Source: the human T2T-CHM13v2.0 reference genome, Homo sapiens. From it: a DNA stretch of 64,000 nt. Below, one piece after another: positions 1 through 19,843 of the stretch. The translations under genes were made by a program, and so were the position numbers. The first letter of the stretch is position 1, and the number at the start of each line of letters is the position of its first letter. Under the pieces are notes generated by a model, which worked only from the letters and a program-made list of their open reading frames with translations, ran no database searches and was not told the DNA's origin. The stretch lies in NCBI RefSeq assembly GCF_009914755.1, contig NC_060932.1; one strand, written 5' to 3'.

Positions 1-148
1 ATATATCTGATATTTGACAAAATTATTTTATGGATTGTTATCCCAAAAAGAACCACTCAAATCTGCAGATTATAAGCACTTATTGATTAATTACTCACAC
101 TTGTCAAGGGTTTATAAGGTTATGACAATTTAATAAAATTCACAGACA

Positions 149-453
149 GTCCGGGCACGGTGGCTCATGCCTGTAATTCCAACACTTTGGTAGGCCAAGG
201 CAGGCAGATCAGGAAGTCAGGAGTTTGAGACCAGTCTGGCTAACATGGTGAAACCCCATCTCTACTAAAAATACCAAAAAAAAGTAGCCGGGCATGGTAG
301 CAGGTGCCTGTAATCCCAGCTACTGGAGAAGCTGAGGCAGGATAATCACTTGAACCCGGGAAGGTGGAGGTTGTAGTGAGCCGAGATCACGCCACTGCAC
401 TCCAGCCTGGCAACAAGAGCGAGACTCCATTTCAAAAAAAAAAAAAAAAAAAA
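149..453 (+). mobile_element. Alu (AluS-type), full length with A-tail
   Basis: Two-arm Alu from gtccgggcacggtggctca to a long A-tail; imperfect TSD aaaattcacagaca / aaaattacaggca. Confidence 0.95.
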
Positions 454-1004
454 TTACAGGCAGAAACAAATTTTTCCTCTTTTGGAAAATACACATTTTT
501 ATGTCCAGTCTCCAGAACAATATTAGGTGAATGTAGGCTATGATGATTTGAACTTTGATCTTTTACATTTGCCGTGACACTAGAGTTGATATTTTGACAT
601 TGAAACATAAAATAACTACATCTTGCTGGAAAAAGGTCAGGAAAAGTGGTAATTCATAACAGTATAATATTAATGAAAATCAGACCAACTCCTGACTCCT
701 GTAAGGAAGGATGTTATAGAAGTTGGGAGGTGTAAAATGCCTAAATTATCTTCACCTCTTCTCATTTCTCACCCTCTGCATCCTTATCCCCCGGGATGTT
801 TTGGAAATCTCCAAGGCCACCAGAAAAAGACAAAATATTTTTCAAATGCTTAAAGGAAAGTACTGTTCGCCCAGAATCCGATTCCAGCACAAATATTCTT
901 CAGGCATAAAGGGGAAGTCATGACTTTTCAGATGGTGAAAAACATACAGAACTTGTCCCCAATAGGTGTAACCTAAAAGAGCGCAGAAGGAAGTTCTCTA
1001 ACCG

Positions 1005-1118
1005 TCATGATCTATGGCTAGGCAGTATTCTTAGAACTGACACGAAAAGCATAATCCATAGAAGGAAAAAATAATAACATATAGAACTTCATTCAAATGT
1101 TTAAAAGTTCCTCTGCTG
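1005..1118 (+). mobile_element. Old L1 (L1M) ORF2 fragment
   Basis: catga..ctaggcagtattcttagaactgacacgaaaagcataatccata..gaacttcattcaaa resembles the L1M ORF2 3' region. Confidence 0.6.
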
Positions 1119-1139
1119 AAATTCTCATTGTTTTTTTAC

Positions 1140-1795
1140 CCACAAATAAGGCCTGTCTCTCTCTCTCCGCTTTGAAAATATTTTTCTTGGTTTTTAGTTT
1201 TAGAAGTTTGAAGATGATGTGTCTTGCTGTGAATGTATTTAAGTTTATCCTGTTTAGTGGTCACTCAGGTTTACGTCTTTTGCCAAATTTGGGAAGGTTC
1301 CAGCCATTATTTTTTCAAGTACTTTCTCAGCCAGCTTTTCTTTTTTCTCTCCTTTCAACAGTTTGATAACATGAATGTTATAAATTTTATTACAAACTTC
1401 TCTGTTTCTGAGGCTCCATTCCTTGCTTTTTAGTCGACTTTTTCTGTTATTCAGATTGAATAATTTCAATTATTCTATCTTTCAGTTCACTTTTTCATTT
1501 TATGCCCCCTCCATTCTATTGTTACACACATATATGGAAGTTTTATTTCAATTATTATATTTTTAAGTTCTAAAACTTCTATTTTTTTGTTTCTTTCCTG
1601 AGATGTTTCATTTTTTTACATTTGTATAAGGCATATTTATAACTGCTCCTTAAAGTATTTTAATAATGGCTGTTTGAAAGTCTTTAATATTCTAACATCT
1701 ATATCATCTTGGTATTGTCGTCTGTGGATTATCTTTTCTCATTCAAGTTGAGATCTTCCTGTCTCTGGGTATGATGCATGATTTTCCATGGAAAC
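1140..1795 (-). mobile_element. Old L1 ORF1 region fragment
   Basis: Minus ORF 1254-1469 contains EKVLEKIMAGTFPNLAKD, matching the L1 ORF1p EIxxENFPNL motif. Confidence 0.8.
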
Positions 1796-1899
1796 CTGTG
1801 GAAAAAAGCTGGGATCTTCAGACTCTGCTATATCAAACATTGCTGGAACCCTTAGGGCCAACCTGAAGAACAAACCCCTCTCAATATTATATTAGTTTA

Positions 1900-3050
1900 T
1901 CCAAGTTATTGAATGTAATCATACTTTGTTCATTCATGTCAATGTACAGTATTTCATTTCTATTGAGAGAATACACTTATTATATACACTTAAATATATA
2001 CATGGATAGATTATACATTATTTCTGCATATACAGATAAACTTTATGTTGAAGGCATTTTATATATTTTTTAAATCTTGAAGCTTATGAATAGCTCTGCA
2101 GTGATAATCCTTGATATATCTTTTGGTGAATATATGTCCTTATTTTAGTTCACTATCTACATAAGAGTGGAATTGTTGAGTCATAAAGTGTACATATACT
2201 CAGCTTTGACGATACTTCCAAACAGTTTTCTGATATGGTTGTACTAATTTATATTCCCGTTAGCAGTGTATGAGAGTTTCAGTTGTTCCATACTCTTGAC
2301 AGACCTTGGATCACTGTTTTCTTTTTAGCATCATTGATGATTGTGACATTGCACTGTTGTTTTAATTCACATTTCTTAGATGGAAAATATAGTGCTTCAT
2401 GTGTTTATTGTACATCTGAATATCCTCTTATGTGAAATGTCTGTTCAAAACTTTTGCCCACTTTGTGTAGAATTGTCTTTTTCTTTATTGTTAATATATT
2501 GGAGTTCTTTATATACCCTGAATATTCATGTGTTTTGGGATCTATATCTATACTGACATAGATATAGATCTATATCTAAATAATTATCTTCTATGCCTCT
2601 GTAGGCTATCTTTTCAATTAATGTTGTCTGTTGATCTGAAGTTCTTATTTATAAATAAGTGTGATTCAGCAATATTTTCTTTGTGATTAGTGCATTTTTT
2701 CCTTCTTTAAGAAATGTTACCTCCTTTAGGGTCATAAAAATATTCTTCTCTGTATATTTCTAAAGGTTTCATTGTTTATATTTATATCTATAATTTATAT
2801 TTATATGTCTATATATTTATATCTATAAAAAAGTGGAATTGATTATTGTAAAAGGCATGAAGTAGAGACAAGAGGTATTTTTAAATATAGTAGATTAAGA
2901 ATTACTTATTTCCAAGACCATTTTTTTTCTACCACTACATTGCAGTATTACATTTTTTTCATTAGCAGGTGAATTACTTCTATTCCTGGATTCTGTCCTT
3001 GTTTCAATTTCACATTGCCTCATTTACTATCACGTTATAATAGATCTTAA
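1900..3050 (-). mobile_element. Ancient L1 (L1ME/L1M) 3' ORF2 fragment
   Basis: Antisense L1 motifs agtggaattgttgagtcata, ccaaacagttttc..ggttgtactaattta..cagtgtatgagagtt, tgtgaaatgtctgttcaaaacttttgccca. Confidence 0.75.
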
Positions 3051-3182
3051 TATATACACACATTTATAAATTTATATATTCTATAAATTTGCTATAAATT
3101 TAATTTATCGTTATAGAAAATGTTTAAAGAAAATATTAACAGAATAGTTATAACTGCTAATTTCATATTATTTACACCTGTA

Positions 3183-3368
3183 GCAGTCAAAAGCATGGGA
3201 TCTGAACTCACATTGCCTCACTATATCTTAATTTCCTAATCCATCAAATTAAGTATAATATTAGGACCTATCTCAAGGCTATTCTAAGTTTTAAATTAAT
3301 TAACAAATATTAATTATTTATAGAATGCTCACTACATAGTACACAGTTGAGGTTTGTTAATAATAATC
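3183..3368 (+). mobile_element. MIR SINE, degraded
   Basis: gtcaaaagcatgggatctg..tttcctaatccatcaaatt..ataatattaggacctatctcaagg resembles the MIR core. Confidence 0.55.
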
Positions 3369-4110
3369 AGCATAAACATATATGCATGTGTGTACACACA
3401 TAAATATACATATATATACACATATACATACACATGAAAGTACAAGAAATTCTAGAAGTTTGTTAGGACTTATTTACAGAACAAAATAATTTCATTTGAG
3501 CGCAATCAACACACATGGTTTGCAGTTGAATCAATGATATTTACATACTAATTTAGATGTACTTACTCATTTGATTATACCACTCAGTCTTAGAAGTTCT
3601 TTCAGAAAATGAAGGCATACTTTTCTAATATGAACATGATCATTTTAAGTTGCAGCCTTCAGTAATTTAGAGTTCTATGATTTATCTGTTTATTAAAAAT
3701 ACTATGGTATAAATAAGTCAAGCTGCACCAAGAATATAGGCTTTGTGGTGGCCAGAAAGCTGTACACAGCTTTAACAAACAATTTTTAAAATATAATATA
3801 AATTATATTTAAACATGATATCATCTGTATCATAGATCAATTGAATTAATTATATACTATATTCTCTTTTTAGTTCAGATGATATAAATATGCAAGATTC
3901 CTAAACTCTATATGATTCCCTCTAAAAACAGCAAAAGTCTTCAAAAATCTCATAGAAGCCACAATCTTTTATTAATCTTCTTAAACATCCAACCGTTAAT
4001 TGCAAAATAGAGCATAACTTGCTCATCTTTTATGAGAGAACATTGGCAAGTTTGAATAAATAATAATTTTAAATTATCTATTAAAGAAAAATAGATCTTT
4101 GTTCTTTCAA

Positions 4111-4368
4111 TTTTTTAATTTTAACTGAAAGACAGCCTTGTATGTTTTAATCATGTACACATGGTTTTTTGAAGTATCTATCATATTGTGGAATGCTTAA
4201 ATATAGCTAAAAAACAAATTCATTTTTGTGATTTGATAACACACAAACTTCACACTCTTTAATCTTTTTAAAAATAGAATGTATCATAATTATAGTCACC
4301 TTCTGTGCAATAGATTTCTTGAAATATATTCCTTCTATGTAATTGTAGTTATGTATCTTTTGAACAAA
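4111..4368 (-). mobile_element. L1MA-type 3' UTR fragment
   Basis: T-rich start, then atgtacacatggttttttgaagtat..tatagtcacc..tgtgcaatagatttcttgaa. Confidence 0.65.
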
Positions 4369-4813
4369 AAGGATATTTTTCGTATGTAATAAAAAATTTT
4401 AGTTTTTATTTTTTAATTATTAAATTTTTCTGTATAAAATAAAACTCTTCATGTGATTTTTAAAATTTTCTTATATCTAAGAGCGGTGAACAGATCTAAT
4501 TATAATAGTATTTGGGGACAAATTTACATTTGTAAATATAAATTAGTTATTTGTTTGTTTCTGGATAAGTCCACAAACATATCCAAATATTTTTTGCAGA
4601 TAAAGCTGATATCACATAAATACCAACTTTTTCTGCAGAGTAAAGTTTATATTAATTATTAAAAATTTTATGAGTTTGCAATCTTATACAATCACTTATT
4701 ACAATCTTATATAATATTTGATAAGAGTTTTGCAATCTTATATGATCTTATATAAGATCATCATTTTGATCAATGATGAACTGAACATTCATCTTATAAG
4801 GTTATAATGAAGG

Positions 4814-5107
4814 GGCTGTGCCTGGTGGTGCACACCTGTAATCCCAGCACTTTGAGAACCTGAGGTGGGCAGATTGCTTTAGCTCAGGAGTTTGAGACTA
4901 GCCTGGACAACATGGCGTAACCCCATCTTTACAAAAAATACAAAAGTTAACTGAGCGTGTGGCTGTACACCTGTAGTCCCAGCTACTCTGGGAGCTAAGG
5001 TGGGAAGATTGCTTGAGCCCAGGGAGTCGAGGCTGCAGTGAACCCAGTGCCACTGCATTTCAGCCTGGGTGACAGAGTGAGACTCCGTCTAAAAAAAAAA
5101 AAAAAGA
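4814..5107 (+). mobile_element. AluJ
   Basis: J-diagnostic gattgcttgagcccagg..gaggctgcagtg; A-tail; flanked by ataatg on both sides. Confidence 0.92.
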
Positions 5108-5344
5108 TAATGGAACTGTTACCGTCCCTAAAGACCTTCCAGTGGGATAAGATGTGGAGTTGGAAGACCGTGATATTGATGATCCTGATCCTGCAGGTAG
5201 GCCTAGCCTAAAGTGTGTGTTTGTATCTTAGTTTGCAATTAAAATTTTAAGAAGTAAAAAATTTTTTTAAAGAAAAAAGCATATAGACAAATGATAGAAA
5301 GAAAATGTTTTGTACAGTTGTACAATGTGTTTTGTTTTGGTTTC

Positions 5345-5684
<340 letters not shown>

Positions 5685-6998
5685 TAAAGGAGTATAAAAA
5701 AACAAGTTTATAAGGTAAAAAAGTTATGCTAAGCTACGTTTAATTTATTATTAAGAAAAGAAAATTTTTAAAAATTAAGTGTAGTGTAGCTTGAATGTAC
5801 AGTTTTATAAAGTAATGCACAGTAATGTCCTAGGCCTTCACATTTAGTCACCACTCACTCAGTGGCCCAGAGCAACTTCCAGTCCTACAGACTCCATTCA
5901 TGATAAGTTCCCTATACTGGGGTAACATCTTTCATCTCTTATACTTTATTTTTACTGTACATTTTCTATGTTTAGATACACAGATACTTATCATTGTGTT
6001 ACAATTGCCTACAGTATTCAGTAGAGTAACATACTGTATAGCTTTGTAGCATAGAAGCAATGGGTTCTACCATGAATCCTAGGAGTGTGGCAGGCTCTAC
6101 CATCTGGGGTTTAATTATGCATTTGTCAGATCATATCCCTATTATTAAGTGATGCACAATGATAAATCCTAATTCTGAAAAAAGTCAGGCATACTTAGTT
6201 ACTTTGTTATTATCTCCCTGCACCTTGCCTAGCAGATTTAGCCTCAGGCCCTTGGCCAAATACTGACCATCCTGAATGATTTATGGCTTCAACTACTCAT
6301 GAGACATACGGGGATTGATGATCTAGATGTACATAAATTTATGACTTAACTACTTTGATGTAAGTGATTGACAAACAGACACTTGTACAGATCAAGGAGC
6401 TAAATCAGTTTATAAATTTAAACCAGCCATGTACAGAGATACAGGCATAAATAAATGATGCATAGAATCTTTGAGACTATCTCCTTATCCTCAGAATACA
6501 ACTATGTTGGATTTATATTCTAGCCTACTAATGATAGAAGTTGGAAAGTTGATGAAAACATCCACTTTTCTTACAAACAAGGTTATATTTTCTCTTCCTT
6601 ACATTTCTACAAATCTATTACTTGCAAGCTATCTTTCTATATGCTCTCAGATAACTTATAACTTCTATCTATGACACTTTGGTACTAAAAACTGCTAAGA
6701 TATTACATATGCTATGCAAATATATAACATAAATATTATGATTTGCAGAGGTCAAGAGTGTTGTATAAAATCTTATTTAGTTGAATTCAGTATAGACCCC
6801 CAAATGATTAATTATATGTGAAAAAATATAATTTTTAACCAAGACAATGCCAAATAGAAATGATGTACAGGATTAGAGAAGATATATCAAGAATCTGCTC
6901 TTGAAAGCCATTGTAAGTTGTCAAATAACCACTAAAGAATATTTAGCTCCCTACAAGAGACAGACTTCAGGCTAAAGACAGCTACATATTCAAAGTAA

Positions 6999-7371
<373 letters not shown>

Positions 7372-8385
7372 CCAGATAAAATACTTTAAACCAAAAACAG
7401 TAAAAGAAGACAAAGAAGGGCAAGGTTCAATACAAGAAGATATATGTATCCTAAATATATATGCACCCAACAATGGAGCACACATATTGATAAAACAAAT
7501 GCTACTAGACCTAAGAAAACATATGGATAGCAATAGGAAAATGGTGGGGGAGGAGCAACTTCAACACCTCACTGACATCACTAGAGAGATCATTGAGACA
7601 GAAAATTTATAGGGAAACTCTGGATTTAAACTGTACTATAGACCAAAAAAACCTAATAGACATTTACATAACACTCTATACAATAAGTGCAAAATATACA
7701 TTCTTCTCACCTCTGCATGGAGCACTATCCAAAATTTAGCATATGCTGAGTCATAAAGCAAGTATCAATAAATGCCAAAAAATCAAAATCACATCAAGTA
7801 TCTTCTTGGACCACAACTGAATAAAATGTAAAACTGAAACTAAGAGGAACTCTCAAAACTACATAAGTACATGGAAGGTAAACACATTGGTCCTGCATGA
7901 CTTTTGGGTAAACAATGAAATTAAAATAGAATCAAAAAAATTTTTGAAATGAATAAAAACAGAGACAAAACATACCAAAAGCTCTGAAAGATGGCAAAGG
8001 CAGTGCTAAGAGGAAAGTTTATAACAATAAATGTCCACATCAAAAAAATAGAAAGATCTCAAATTATTAACCTAATATCAAATCTCAAGTAACTAGAAAA
8101 ACAAAAACAATTTCAACCCAAAGGTAAGGAAAGAAATACAAAGATCAGCATAGAACTAAATGACGTGGAGACCAAAAAAATGATACAACGAATTAATTAA
8201 ACAAAATATTGGTTTTTTAAAAGGTTAAACAAAATTGGCAGACCACTAGCTAGATTAACCAAGAAAAAATGAGAGAAGAGTCAAATAAGTGCAATCAAAA
8301 ATGAGAAAGAGAGGCATTTAAACTGATGCTACAGAAAAACAAAAGATCATCAGCTCTAAGCACACAAACTAGAAAACCTAGAGGA

Positions 8386-9343
<958 letters not shown>

Positions 9344-12015
9344 AGAAAACCTAGAGGAGATGGATGAATTCCTTGAAACATACAGCAGATCCCCAAGATT
9401 GAACCAGGTAGAAACAGAATCCCTTAACAGACTAACGATGAGTAATGAAATTGAATCAGTAATAAAAAATCTTCCAAGGTGGGGAAACGAACAAGCCAAG
9501 ACCAGATCTGAATTTTACCAGACATATAAATAAGAGCTGGTAACAATCCCACTGAAACTATTTCAAAAAATCAAGAAGTGATTCTTCCCCAACTCATTCT
9601 ATGAAACCAGTATCACCCTGATACCAAAAATCAGTCAAGCATACTACCAAAAAAAAAGAAAGAAAGAAAGAAAGAAAACTACAAGCCGATATCCCTGAGG
9701 AACAGAGATGCAAAAGTCCTCAACAAAACTCTAGCAAGCTGAATCCAATAGCAAATCAAAAAGATAATTCATCACTTTCAAGTTGGTTTTCTTCCAGGGA
9801 TGCAAGAATAGTTCAATATTTACAAGTCAATAAATGTGGTGCATCTCATAAATAGAACTTAAAAAGCATAAGATCATCTCAATAGACATAGACATAGGCA
9901 AGGTGTTCAATAAAATCTGACTTTACTTCATAATTAAAAACTCTCAATAAACTAGGCATTGAAAGAACATACCTCAAAATAATAAAAGCCATCTATGAAA
10001 AACCCAGAGTCAACATTATACTGAATGGGGAATAGTGGAAAGCATTTACCCTAAGAACTGGAACAAGACAAGTATGTCCATTCTCACCAGTTCTATTCAA
10101 CATAGTACGAGAAGTACTAGCCAGGGCAATCAGGCAAGAGAAAGAAATAAAAAGCATTCAAGTCAATGAGGAAGTCAAATTGTCTTTGTTTGGTGATTAC
10201 ATGAATGTATACCTAGAAAACCCCAGATTCTCCTCCAAAAGCCTCCTAGATTTAACAAACAAATTAAATAAGGCTTCATGATACAAAGTCAATGCACAAA
10301 CATCAGTAGCATTTCTATACACCAATGACATTCAAGATGAGAAACAAATAAATAACCCAATTCTATTTACAATAGTCACAAGAAAGATAAAATACCTAGG
10401 AATACATTTAACCAAAGAGGTGAAAGATCTCTACAAGGAGAAACTATAAAACACTTGTGAAAGAAATCATAGATGACACAAGCAAATAGCAAAATATCCC
10501 ATGCTCATGGAAGGGAAGAATCAATATTATTAAAATGGCCACACTGCTCAAAACAATCTATACATTCAATGCAATCCCTATCAAATTATCAATATCATTT
10601 TTCACAGAATTAGAAAAAACAACACTAAAGTTTATATGGAACTAAAAAGACCCCAAAGATCCAAAGCAATTCTAAATAAAAAGAACAAATCTAGGGGCAT
10701 CACACTGCCTGACTTCAAATTATACTGTAAGGCTAGAGTAACTAAAACAGTGTGATCCTGTTCCAAAAAAATAGGCACATAGATCAACGGAACAGAATAG
10801 AGAACCTGGATATAATACCACATATCTACAACCAGCTAATCTTCAACAAAGTTGGCAAAAATAAACAATGGGGAAAAGACATCTTATTCAATAAATAGTG
10901 CTTGGAAAATTAGCCATATGCAGAAGAACAAAGCTGGACCTCTATCTCTCACCATATACAAAAATTAAGTCAAAATGGATTAATGACCATCTTGACATAA
11001 GACCTGCACATAAACTTCTGTACAACAACAGAAATAATTAACAGAATAAACAGACAACCTACAGAATGGGAGAAAATATTTGCAAATTATGACTCTGACA
11101 AACGACTAATATCCAGAATCTTAAAAGCAACACAAACAACTCAACAAGAAAAAAACAAACAACTTCACTAAAAGCTGAGCAAAGGACATGAACAGACACT
11201 TCTCAAAAGAAGAAATACAAACAACCAACAAACACATGAAAAAAGTGTTCAACATCACTAATCATCAGAGAAATGAAAATTAAAACCACAATGATGTATC
11301 ATTTTATACTATCAATAAAGGCTATTAGTAAAACACCAAAAACAACAGATATTGATGCGGATATGGAGAAAAGGAAACATATACTGTCGCTGGGAATGTA
11401 AATTAATTTAACCTCTATGGAAAATAGTATGGAAATTTCTCAAAGAGCTAAAGACAAAACTACCATTCAACACAGCAATCCCACTATTAAGCATTTATCC
11501 AACGGAAAATAAATTGTTATATCAAAAGGGCAGCTACACTTGCATGTTCATCATGACACTATTCACAATAGTAAAGCTGACCAACCTAAGTGTCCATCAG
11601 TGTTTGACTGGATAAAGAAAATGTGGTACATATCCACCATAGAATAGTATGCAGATATAAAATCGAAGTAAATCATGTCCTCTGCAGCAATGGAGGTAGA
11701 GCTAGAGGTCATCATCCTAAGTGAACAAACTCAGAAAACCAAATACTACATGTTCTCACTTATAAGTTGGAGCTAAACGATGGGTAAATATGGTCATAAA
11801 TAAGAAAATAATAGACATTGGGGACTCCAAAAGCAGGGGGAAGTTGAAAAACTAACAAGCACAGGTTCACTATTTGGATATTGGATACACTAGAATCCTA
11901 ATCCCCACCAGTACGCTATATACTCATGTAACAAAAAAGCACATGTACCTTCTGGATTAAAATAAAATAACATAAAACAAAATAAAACTTTACAGTTAAA
12001 AAAAAAACCTGTTGT

Positions 12016-12339
<324 letters not shown>

Positions 12340-12659
12340 TCAGAAAATATTTACTTATTTTACTTCAAAATTGACCCCAAAAGTTTTGTACCCATATCCA
12401 TTAATATATTATCCAGTTTTCTATGCAATCATTATTTTACTCTGAGGCAATAAACATTTGTATTTTTCTTTGGAGTGCCAATTTCATCAAAGTTGCAATT
12501 ACATGTATAAAAGCAATGTTTAATATACCTGAATTGCTTGTTTCAAACATAATTTATTGACGAAACAAACATATTTCCAGCTCTTTTCTCAATGGTCACT
12601 TCCACTAGAAAGGATAAAAAATAAATAAAACATCCATGTATAATTATGGTTTTGTAGTT

Positions 12660-13030
12660 AAGGACAACCCTGTGACATCATTTTGGTCAAAAAAGGATTT
12701 ACAGAATTATAACAGTAGGGTATAGAAGGTCTTGATGCTTTTAGAGTAAGGGGGCATTCGCAGCTGGTGCCATTTCTCCATTCTCCTTCCCAAGCTTCCC
12801 ACCTTTATAATCCCAACACTTTGGGAGGAGGAGGCAGGCAAATCACAAGGTCAGGAGTTCAAGACCAGCCTCATCAACATGGTGAAACCCCGTCTGTACT
12901 AAAAATACAAAAATTAGCCAGGCTTGGTGGCACGTGCCCGTAATCCCAGCTACTCAGGAGGCTGAGGCAGGAGAATCACTTGAACCCGGGATGGTTCAAG
13001 TGATTATAATGGTCATGATGTTTGGGACTA
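12660..13030 (+). mobile_element. Ancient MLT1 (H/J-like) LTR remnant, interrupted by a templated Alu-fragment copy
   Basis: ctgtgacatcattttggtcaa..gctggtgcc..cttcccacctt|tataatggtcatgatgtttgggact weakly resembles MLT1. Confidence 0.4.
12808..12991 (+). repeat. 184-bp direct copy of the Alu segment 12041-12224
   Basis: By-eye alignment gives 181/184 identity including private variants; no Alu 5' end and no A-tail. Confidence 0.95.
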
Positions 13031-13074
13031 TCCCAAGTGTTTCACAGGAATGAGCTGACAAACATAATGGAATG

Positions 13075-17510
<4,436 letters not shown>

Positions 17511-17589
17511 CAAGAGAAAGAAATTCACAACACAGTTTTATCTAAAAAACATAATACTACGTGAAATACACCACTCAAAAATACTATTT

Positions 17590-17870
17590 ATTGTATGATA
17601 ACATTTATAGGAAAAGGCCAAAATAGGCAACTATAGAGAAAGATAGTCTGCGAGTGGTTGCCAAGGACTGGAGGTGAGGTGGGGCAGGACAATGGTGAAG
17701 AAGTTGTAGTAGGTACAAATATTTTTTTTTGGAGTGATAAAAATACTCAAAAATTATACTATGATCATATTTGCACAACTCTCTGAACATACTACACCCC
17801 ATTGAATTGTGTACTTTAAACAGATGAACTTTATAGTGTGTAAACCATAACTCCATACAACTGAAAAAAA
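17590..17870 (+). mobile_element. L1MB/ME 3' UTR fragment
   Basis: agtggttgccaaggactgg..ttggagtgataaaaatactc..ttgcacaactctctgaacatacta..cattgaattgtgtactttaaa. Confidence 0.75.
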
Positions 17871-18039
17871 TGAAGAATATCTGAAAGTCCCTGAGGTTTA
17901 CTGAACCCCTAGCCTTGGCCTTGAGCTGAGAAACTGGCATCATCAGGATCCACTGAAACTAGATGGTTCTGCAACTTGCTGTATATCATAGGCACTATAT
18001 ACTTTGAAAATACAGATAAAGCTCTAATTAATTATTTTT

Positions 18040-18800
18040 AACCTTTGCATGGCATTCCATTGTATGAATACACAATGTTTATGTATTCTTATTTCTATAC
18101 ATGAGTAATTTGTGTATTTCTCCTTATACTCATAAAGGGGAATTTTATATTGAAGAGAACAATTTTTGTGTTATGACATGAGCCTATCTTAAACTTTTTA
18201 GATGAAGGCATATTTTTCTAGGAAGCAATGGACCAATTACTCTCCTACTGACACACTATGTCATCCCTGTTTTTGAGGCTGTTTCCTATACTTGTTATTG
18301 TCAGACTTTATTTTTTCAGTGAATTGCTTTTAAATTGCACATCATTGTGATGTTACTTTGCATTTTCCTAATTTCTAGTAAAATAGAGTATGTTTTTAAA
18401 TGCTTATTTATTTTACATTTACAAATCAGAAAAAAATCATTATATGATTTACTCATTTTCTATTATTTTAATTGAGGCATTTTCCTTTAATATTTGTATA
18501 GTAATTGTAGGAAACTTTATTGCAAATATCCTTTCCCAGCTTCTGATATGCCTGTTTTTGTTGTTTGTAAAGTCTTTTTTAGATTCCTAAAGTCTCTGTT
18601 CTAATGGAGGAGACATAATGGTTGTTTTTAAAATTGGTGTGCATTTTATATAATTGTTAATATTTTATTTTCATACTTTGATTTTTCTTAAACCAAAACA
18701 TCTTTCTATGTTTTAGGTAAGGATATATTTTTTCCGTATAGATAATCAATAGCTCCAGTATAATTAATTAAATACTCCATTCTTTATGGATTCATACTAC
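18040..18800 (-). mobile_element. Very old L1 (L1ME-like) remnant
   Basis: cattccattgtatgaatacac..ttgcattttccta..ttgcaaatatcctttccca antisense L1 motifs. Confidence 0.5.
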
Positions 18801-19843
18801 CACTCTAAGATGCTGACTCCAGAGATGTTTTGAGATTTACTAGATACGTGAGTGCACTATCTTGCTGTCATTACCATTTTGTATTATATATAAGCCTCTA
18901 GTTTTCAGGACAATGAAGTGAATATAAATTCAAACTCATGACTGATGACATATGATTATGAGTCTGCTGGATGAAATTTGTCCACCCAGTGCCCAGATGA
19001 GGCAGATGAACTTGATCTTGTTGCTTCTTTACACCAATGGGGAGATGTTTTGATACTCATTCTTTCACTGAAGATATAGGCAAGCATCAGCAGTTCCTCA
19101 GAACACATACGGTTAAAACATCTTATGTCACCCAACGTTCAGCTTATTTTTAGTATAAAAATTCACTATTTTAAAATGATTTTATTTTTTGATATTTGAA
19201 ATAGTTGAGATAATTTGAGATATTTTATATCTCAGATTATAATCCTCTAAGACAGAAAGTTCTGAGCATATTTCTAAGGGGGAGGGGTGTGGAGACTATT
19301 TTAAGATATTTAATTAACTTCTAAATAAATACCATACGTACCAGCCCACAACTCTGTCAAAGCAAGATAGTCATATTTGCTATGCATTTCTTATAAAATC
19401 ACTAAAATGTTTCTTGTATCACATTTTCAAAATTCCAAGTCACCTATACTGTAATATACTGTAGTATGTTTTCACCTTCAAGGAAATTCTATTATGTGGC
19501 ATTAAACAATTGCTTTCCTAAGCTTTGCTACAGCTTACAATTTTTGTTATAGAATGTAATTACTGTTTTTTGAATCCTGAGATTAGCCGTTGTAGACTAC
19601 ACACATAACAGCTCATGTTTTCTTCTTTGCTTTTGTTATGCATGAAGGTATATTGATAAACTCAATTTAATCACTGAGTACATTACAAATGAAATAGATG
19701 TCTCTGAAAAAATTTGTATCAAAATAATTTTTTAAATTTCAAGCTCATTCTTCAGTAAACCTTATTATAAAATTAAAAGTGATTATCTTTAAGATAACAT
19801 TTAGCCTTCGGCCGGGCGCCGTGGCTCACGCCTGTAATCCCAG

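Noticed and set aside
320-520. Short ORFs ending in Alu-type peptides (also at 5291, 7002, 14524, 21250, 39327, 59798)
   Set aside because: They are translations of antisense Alu sequence ([18 protein letters not shown]).
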